Notes under the pieces: generated by a model
Seen by the model: the letters and a program-made list of their open reading frames with translations, nothing else
What the model was told of the DNA's origin: nothing
Database searches by the model: none
Assembly (NCBI GenBank): GCA_032718475.1
Contig: JAUCBJ010001216.1
Span: forward strand, 1 to 41,957
DNA: 41,957 nucleotides
Origin: Nemertoderma westbladi
Taxonomy: Eukaryota; Animalia; Xenacoelomorpha
Direction of reading: 5' to 3'
In this document: in pieces, positions 36,885 to 41,957 of the stretch
How positions within the stretch are numbered: position 1 is the first letter of the stretch
How the letters are laid out: every line of letters starts with the position of its first letter
Position numbers and translations under genes: made by a program

Positions 36885-37570
36885 CATTTTTCACATCTTT
36901 TGTACCAGTGCTATGTCGCTTGATTAATAACAATTAATTCACGAAATTTATTTTAATTTGATTTGAATTTTTGAAATGTATATCACATAATAATATCTTA
37001 ATGCCTAAAGAATAGTGAATGGTTTATTTCGAGTACTAACATTGGCTTGAAATGCATACCGCAGCATTTTTCACATCTATTTACTGGTGTACGTGTAAAA
37101 TCGATTTTTAATATATCTGCGGCAAATAAGCTATTGGTGCAGTGCCAACGTAGCATATTTCACATCTATATACCGTTGTCGAATTCTGTATATCTATATA
37201 CTGGTGTCGGTGCCCGTGCCCGTGTAAAATCGATTTTTTGTATATCTGCGGCAAATAAGCTATTGGTGCAGTCCCAACGTAGCATATTTCACATCTATAT
37301 ACCGGTATCGAATTCTGTATATCTATACACTGGTTGTCAACGTAGCATATTTCACAACTATATACCGGTATCGTTTTTGTTTTGTATATCGGCGGCGAAG
37401 AAGTTTTGGTACAGTGCCAGTGCTACGTCGCTTGTTAATAGCAATTCACGAAATTTATTATTCTTCTTTATTTGAATTTTGAATCATGATTCTATATGTA
37501 TATCACATAATATGTCATATTGAATGGCTTATTTAGTGTACTATCTATCATTGGCTTGAAATCCACATAT
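36880..37570. repeat. Diverged local duplications directly after ORF2 (possible LINE 3' UTR)
   Basis: CGTAGCATATTTCACATCTAT recurs; 36905-37055 resembles 37417-37565. Confidence 0.6.
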
Positions 37571-38688
37571 TGTCTACTTGTGGCAACCGAATAGAAATAG
37601 TATTATTTTATGTGCCCTTACTCTGTTATTTTAAGCGTTATGTGCGTCGATTTTTATGATTTTATTTATGGCAATATTATAGCGCCGGGGACATCCCGGA
37701 TTTTAATATAATATATATAGTATTTAAACCTAACTCTGGTGCAGGTTCCTCAAAAATGTCACTAATACCGGTACAAATAGGTAAATTAAAATTGAAATTT
37801 CTTGGCCTACAAACATTGACATCCCATAATGGATCAGGCCTAACGTTATCTATAAAGGTGGAAGTATTTTCATTTATACCCCTTTCAAGTCTGGCTTCCG
37901 GTATATCACCTTCACCTAGTCCAAGGGCAGTGTCAGTGTGTGAGTGTGGGGCGAGACACGAATGGCGAGCCATCAGCGAACTGATATAATTATACTATGG
38001 CCATTTTTCAAAAGTCTGTGTGTGTGTGTGTCGGAAGCCATAAATGTCGGAAGCCATAATCTAAATTAATATCTTCAGCTAAATTGTATGGTTGAGTCAT
38101 TTTGAACGGTCTCTCCATGGAAATTAATTATTTAGCACCATACGATTAAAGTTATTTTGCACAGAAATTAGATATCTGGAATCCATGTACCCCATTCCAT
38201 TATAGTTTTTTTATTTTTTCAAGTGATTAGCGTTAATAAAGGTATTTTTCATTGATTTAAACATAATTAACATTGTAAATTCATACGCTGATTCCATTCT
38301 CCCCCATCATAGAGCCTAAGGCATGGCAAGGGCAGCCGTATCCAATAATATTTCTTGAAGTTTTACATTACTGCAAGCTAAAGTCTTTGACCAAGCCAGT
38401 GCCTAGGCTAGTACACAAGGACATACAGTAGTAGTCCAGTAGAAGGAATAGTGCTACTTCAATACATCTCAACAGACATCAATTCATTTGCCTGTGCCTA
38501 CCAACGCGTGCTACATACATAACATATATTCTTGATTTCCATCACCTCTCACCACAATTACTATTAGTAATTAAAAGTTTCAATTCGGTTTGTCTTTCCG
38601 TTATCTGGTTATTCAGTTATTGCATTATTAATAAATAAATGTTTTAAAATATATCTTACGAAATATGGTTAATAATTAAAACTTGTCG

Positions 38689-39400
38689 CTAACATTCTCG
38701 CTATGAGGGTGCTGATTACATTTCTGATGTCAGTTTTCACGTTTACATAAATCTAGTTTGTCTGTCTGTCGGTCATTCTGTTAGTCAGTCTGTCAAAACA
38801 TAAAAAATAATTCAAATTAACTAACATTCTCGCTATGGGGGTTTTAAGGGGTGCTGATTTCATTTCTGATGTCAGTTTTCAGGTTTACATAAATCTAGTC
38901 TGTCTGTTTGTCGGTCTGTCGGTCTTTCTGTCAGTCAGCCAGTATGTCAAAACTTAAAAAAGAATACAAACTAACTAACATTCTCGTTATGGGGGTTTTA
39001 ATGGGTGCTGATTTCATTTCAGATGTCAGTTGTCACGTTTAATAAATCTAGTCTGTCGGTCTTTCTGTCAGTCAGTCTGTCAAAACTTAAGAAAGTATAC
39101 TAACTAACTAACATTAACGCTATGGGGGTTTTAAGGGTTGCTGATTTCATTTCTGATGTCAGTTTCAGTAGCATTATACCATATAAAATATACTAAGGTT
39201 CTAGAACATTCACTAATATAAAAAAGCACTCAAATTCACAAAAAAATAAAGGTTAAAAAACTCATTCGGGACCCTTTTGCTTAAGGAGTCAAAATTGTAG
39301 AAAAAATTCCCGAAGTTTGCGACGTTTGCGAATTTCGCGACGTTTGCGAAATTCGCGAAGAATCCGTCAGTTTCTGTGCCCTAATGGGTTCGTGCCAAAA
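38689..39400. repeat. Four copies of a 130-155-bp repeat with GTCT microsatellite and a downstream hairpin; possibly Helentron/DINE-like
   Basis: CTAACATTCTCGCTATGGGGG...GCTGATTTCATTTCTGATGTCAGTT at about 38689, 38821, 38975 and 39107; imperfect hairpin at 39325-39359. Family call is tentative. Confidence 0.55.
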
Positions 39401-39673
39401 CAATCAAATCTTACACACTTAACACACACGAACTAATGTAATGTGGGTATTAGTATGCCTGAATAATTAAATAGAAATTCAATTAATGAACGCTATTTCA
39501 ACATGAAATCTACGGAATCAATACACAACACACCCACACTACTGAATTTAAAAATTTATATAGATTGCAACTTATATTTGGCTACCTTTTAGGCCTAAAT
39601 GGGTGACTAATTTAATTATTCACCCCTATATATTTGTAGCCTTTTTAATTTGTGCCTCTAATTGAATCAAACA

Positions 39674-40645
39674 TTAAACTAAAATATATGTCACAATATT
39701 GATCTGTCTGGAGCTGGTCAATGAATCTCTCATAAATTTGTTAATTAGTCGCTGCTCAGTCATTGAACATTTGAACACGTGCTGCTCGAAGACCCCCGCA
39801 ACGTGTTGTTGCTGTTGCAGGAATACATTATCTTTTCCTAGCAACCAAGATCCTACCTGACTGCCTGAACCTCTGTTAGAGCCGCGCTTTTCTTGTAACC
39901 AGGTGTCATCTTCTATTGCAATTTGACTATCCAAATCTGCCGGTTCCACCTCGTTTTTTGCCCGTTCTAACTTCAATTGACGGTCCAGGGCAGCCTGTTT
40001 TAATTCAAGTCCTGATACATTTTCAAGTTGCTTGTATTGTAACTCTTTGCGCCTTTTTTCAGAAATAGCCTTTTGCGCTTTTGGTATGATTGTTTCCCTG
40101 GATGTTGTGGTTAAGGAATCTTTGCGAGAAATGGATTTTCCTTCCGAACTGCCTTCATTTAATGGCAGGTCATCGGAATTAAAGCCTAAATTGGCCTGTT
40201 TAAATTGTTCTAAAGCCATTTCTATTTTGTTTAACTTTCCTTTTAAATCGCTATATACTATTTTAAATTCCGATTTAAATTTCTGGGATTGTTGAAAATC
40301 GCCCATTCTCTCAACTTCATCTATCACCTTAATATATAAACTGTGAATTGTTTCTATTATTGCCACTGCTTTTTTGTGTCTTTCTAAAATCAATGAAAAT
40401 GCAACATTTCTTCCGTTGGAATCCTTCCAAAACAAGTTGTAATTTCGGGTGAAATGAGCCCTGTGTCCACCAATGGTGGCCCTAAAAGCTACACTATCAA
40501 TCGTCTCTTTCATTGGTAATCCACAACTTTCACATGACATTGACTTGTGTAAGAGGCCATAATCCTTACAAAAGTCCATGGTGTTACTGATCGTACTAGT
40601 AGCTACAACAAGCTCACGAACGTTCAATCGTGCATTTGGAAACAT
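39674..40645 (-). CDS. Chimeric ORF: Merlin transposase N-terminus (CxxC) fused in frame to a BEL/Pao gag-like N-terminal region
   Basis: Residues 1-51 LNVREL...FCKDYGLL...CESCGLPM fit the Merlin N-terminal pattern; the remainder (RAHFTR, Ser-rich linker, coiled coil, VGSWL) resembles BEL gag. Confidence 0.6.
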   Translation of the reverse strand: MFPNARLNVRELVVATSTISNTMDFCKDYGLLHKSMSCESCGLPMKETIDSVAFRATIGGHRAHFTRNYNLFWKDSNGRNVAFSLILERHKKAVAIIETIHSLYIKVIDEVERMGDFQQSQKFKSEFKIVYSDLKGKLNKIEMALEQFKQANLGFNSDDLPLNEGSSEGKSISRKDSLTTTSRETIIPKAQKAISEKRRKELQYKQLENVSGLELKQAALDRQLKLERAKNEVEPADLDSQIAIEDDTWLQEKRGSNRGSGSQVGSWLLGKDNVFLQQQQHVAGVFEQHVFKCSMTEQRLINKFMRDSLTSSRQINIVTYILV

Positions 40646-40848
40646 TATAACTAGCTAATGCATTATAAAATGTTCTAGAATGTGTTGTTTCCATAAAAAC
40701 TAGTGAGCGACACTTTTTAAAAAAATGGGGCTCCAATACCGAATATTTTTATATTAATTTGTGTTGTCATTGATATTTTCAGATGTTATAATTATCTTGT
40801 TATTATTTTTACTAAGAGTTTAAAATGTAACTTCATTATAAAATGTAG

Positions 40849-40997
40849 GTGAGCCAATCACAAGGTCTGTGTGGAATTCCGGTTACCGTATTGGCTACTG
40901 CCCTCAGTTTAACGCCCTGGATTCGCGACTCACTGGTAGAGAACATTTGCTGCTGTTCGCGAGATTGATGGGTGTCCGGAAAGAAAGCCATCTAGAG
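40849..40997 (+). CDS. ABCA: ABCA exon, Q-loop region
   Basis: TAG acceptor; phase matches the previous exon (G/GT); GEPITRSVWNSGYRIGYCPQFNALDSRLTGREHLLLFARLMGVRKESHLE; GTAAGT donor. Confidence 0.93.
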
Positions 40998-41083
40998 GTA
41001 AGTTGTGGAATACCATCGAGTTATTGGTACGCCATCTAGAGGTAAGTTGTGGAATACCATCCAGTTATTGGTACGCCATCTAG
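40987..41083 (+). repeat. 44-bp tandem duplication (2.2 copies) spanning the exon end and donor site
   Basis: GCCATCTAGAGGTAAGTTGTGGAATACCATC(G/C)AGTTATTGGTAC at 40987 and 41031, with a partial copy at 41075. Confidence 0.92.
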
Positions 41084-41155
41084 TGGTCTGTAAGTGGATT
41101 TTCTAGGCCATTATTACCCAATAAAGTTTTTAATATTTAATTTATTTTCCTTTAG

Positions 41156-41267
41156 CTAATAAAATGGTTTGTTTCCAACCTAAAGATGGAGTCGTACATC
41201 AATAAACGGGTGGCGACTTACAGCGGTGGGATGCGGCGTTGTCTGAACAGCGCGATGGCTCTTATTG
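41156..41267 (+). CDS. ABCA: ABCA exon, ABC signature
   Basis: TTTTCCTTTAG acceptor; LIKWFVSNLKMESYINKRVATYSGGMRRCLNSAMALI-G; GTTAGT donor. Confidence 0.92.
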
Positions 41268-41625
41268 GTTAGTATTATAGCGCCGCACAGCGGTAGGTTG
41301 AGGAATTACTAACGAGTAACAATTCTGATTGGTTATCTACAGTAGAGTCTCCCCATACTCGTATAAAAGAGCCCATCGCGGGTGTTTCTTACTCCAATCT
41401 AATAGGAAAAGTGGCCAATATATGCCAAAAGGTGAAACAATGGTGTATTTATATTTCTACTGAATGAAATTTCATGAAATAAAATGTTAAAGGTAGATAT
41501 TATGAACCATATTTGCTCTACCCTAATTTATGTGTAGGTCAATAAATTTGACATACACCATAAAAAACTAGAGAAAACGTAAATTTTTTGACAAAGGGTG
41601 CAGTAAAATAAGGTGCGATAGCATT

Positions 41626-41847
41626 ATTGCATTGGTTCCTCAGTAACCAGGGTTACAGCCAATAGCATTGCATTGGTACCTCAGTAACCAGGGTTACAGC
41701 CAATAGCATTGCATTGGTACCTCAGCAACCAGGGTTACAGCCAATAGCATTGCATTGGTACCTCAGTAACCTGGGTTACAGCCAATAGCATTGCATTGGT
41801 ACCTCAGTAACCAGGGTTACAGCCAATAGCATTGCATTGGTACCTCA
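41626..41847. repeat. 41-bp minisatellite, about 5.4 copies
   Basis: Unit CAGTAACCAGGGTTACAGCCAATAGCATTGCATTGGTACCT. Confidence 0.95.
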
Positions 41848-41957
41848 TTAGTAAAACATTGGTAAAACAATAGCAGTTCCAAAATCGCCTTTAAATGCTT
41901 TCATTTGATGTATAATGTTCATATGCAGCAATTATAATGTGTGTTTGTCAGTGTCAG

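Larger units (their letters stand above)
27575..40740 (-). mobile_element. Merlin (IS1595/ISXO2-like) DNA transposon derivative carrying ~12.4 kb of foreign and nested sequence
   Basis: TIRs GGTATTGGGGCCCCAT and ATGGGGCTCCAATACC (1 mismatch); transposase N-terminus near the right TIR and C-terminus near the left TIR. No TSD recognised. Confidence 0.75.

Noticed and set aside
37677-37989. Possible piggyBac-like or gag fragment
   Set aside because: Only a vague resemblance; no catalytic motif or termini to support a call.

Overview
Eukaryotic (animal, probably invertebrate) genomic DNA; the species cannot be determined from this window. The whole window lies inside a + strand ABCA-subfamily ABC transporter gene: three NBD exons (26550-26649, 40849-40997, 41156-41267) splice in frame, and the introns are greatly expanded. 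The upstream intron (more than 26.5 kb) is a 44/46-bp satellite of about 380 copies whose unit carries a consensus 5' splice donor. Two young retroelements are inserted in it. One is a 7.35-kb LTR element with 544-bp LTRs differing at 3 seen positions, a 5-bp TSD, a decayed gag and no pol; it has no tRNA-type PBS but a 9-nt PBS complementary to a hairpin loop in its own LTR (candidate self-priming). The other is a 5'-truncated CR1/L2-type LINE. The next intron (14.2 kb) holds a Merlin/IS1595-like DNA transposon whose catalytic core has been replaced by a BEL/Pao gag fused in frame to the transposase N-terminus. Nested inside it are an RTE LINE with a triplicated 3' end, MITEs, minisatellites, and a near-intact APE-RT LINE whose ORF1 region begins with a Ulp1/SENP-type protease motif. 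All family assignments come from motif recognition by eye, not database searches.
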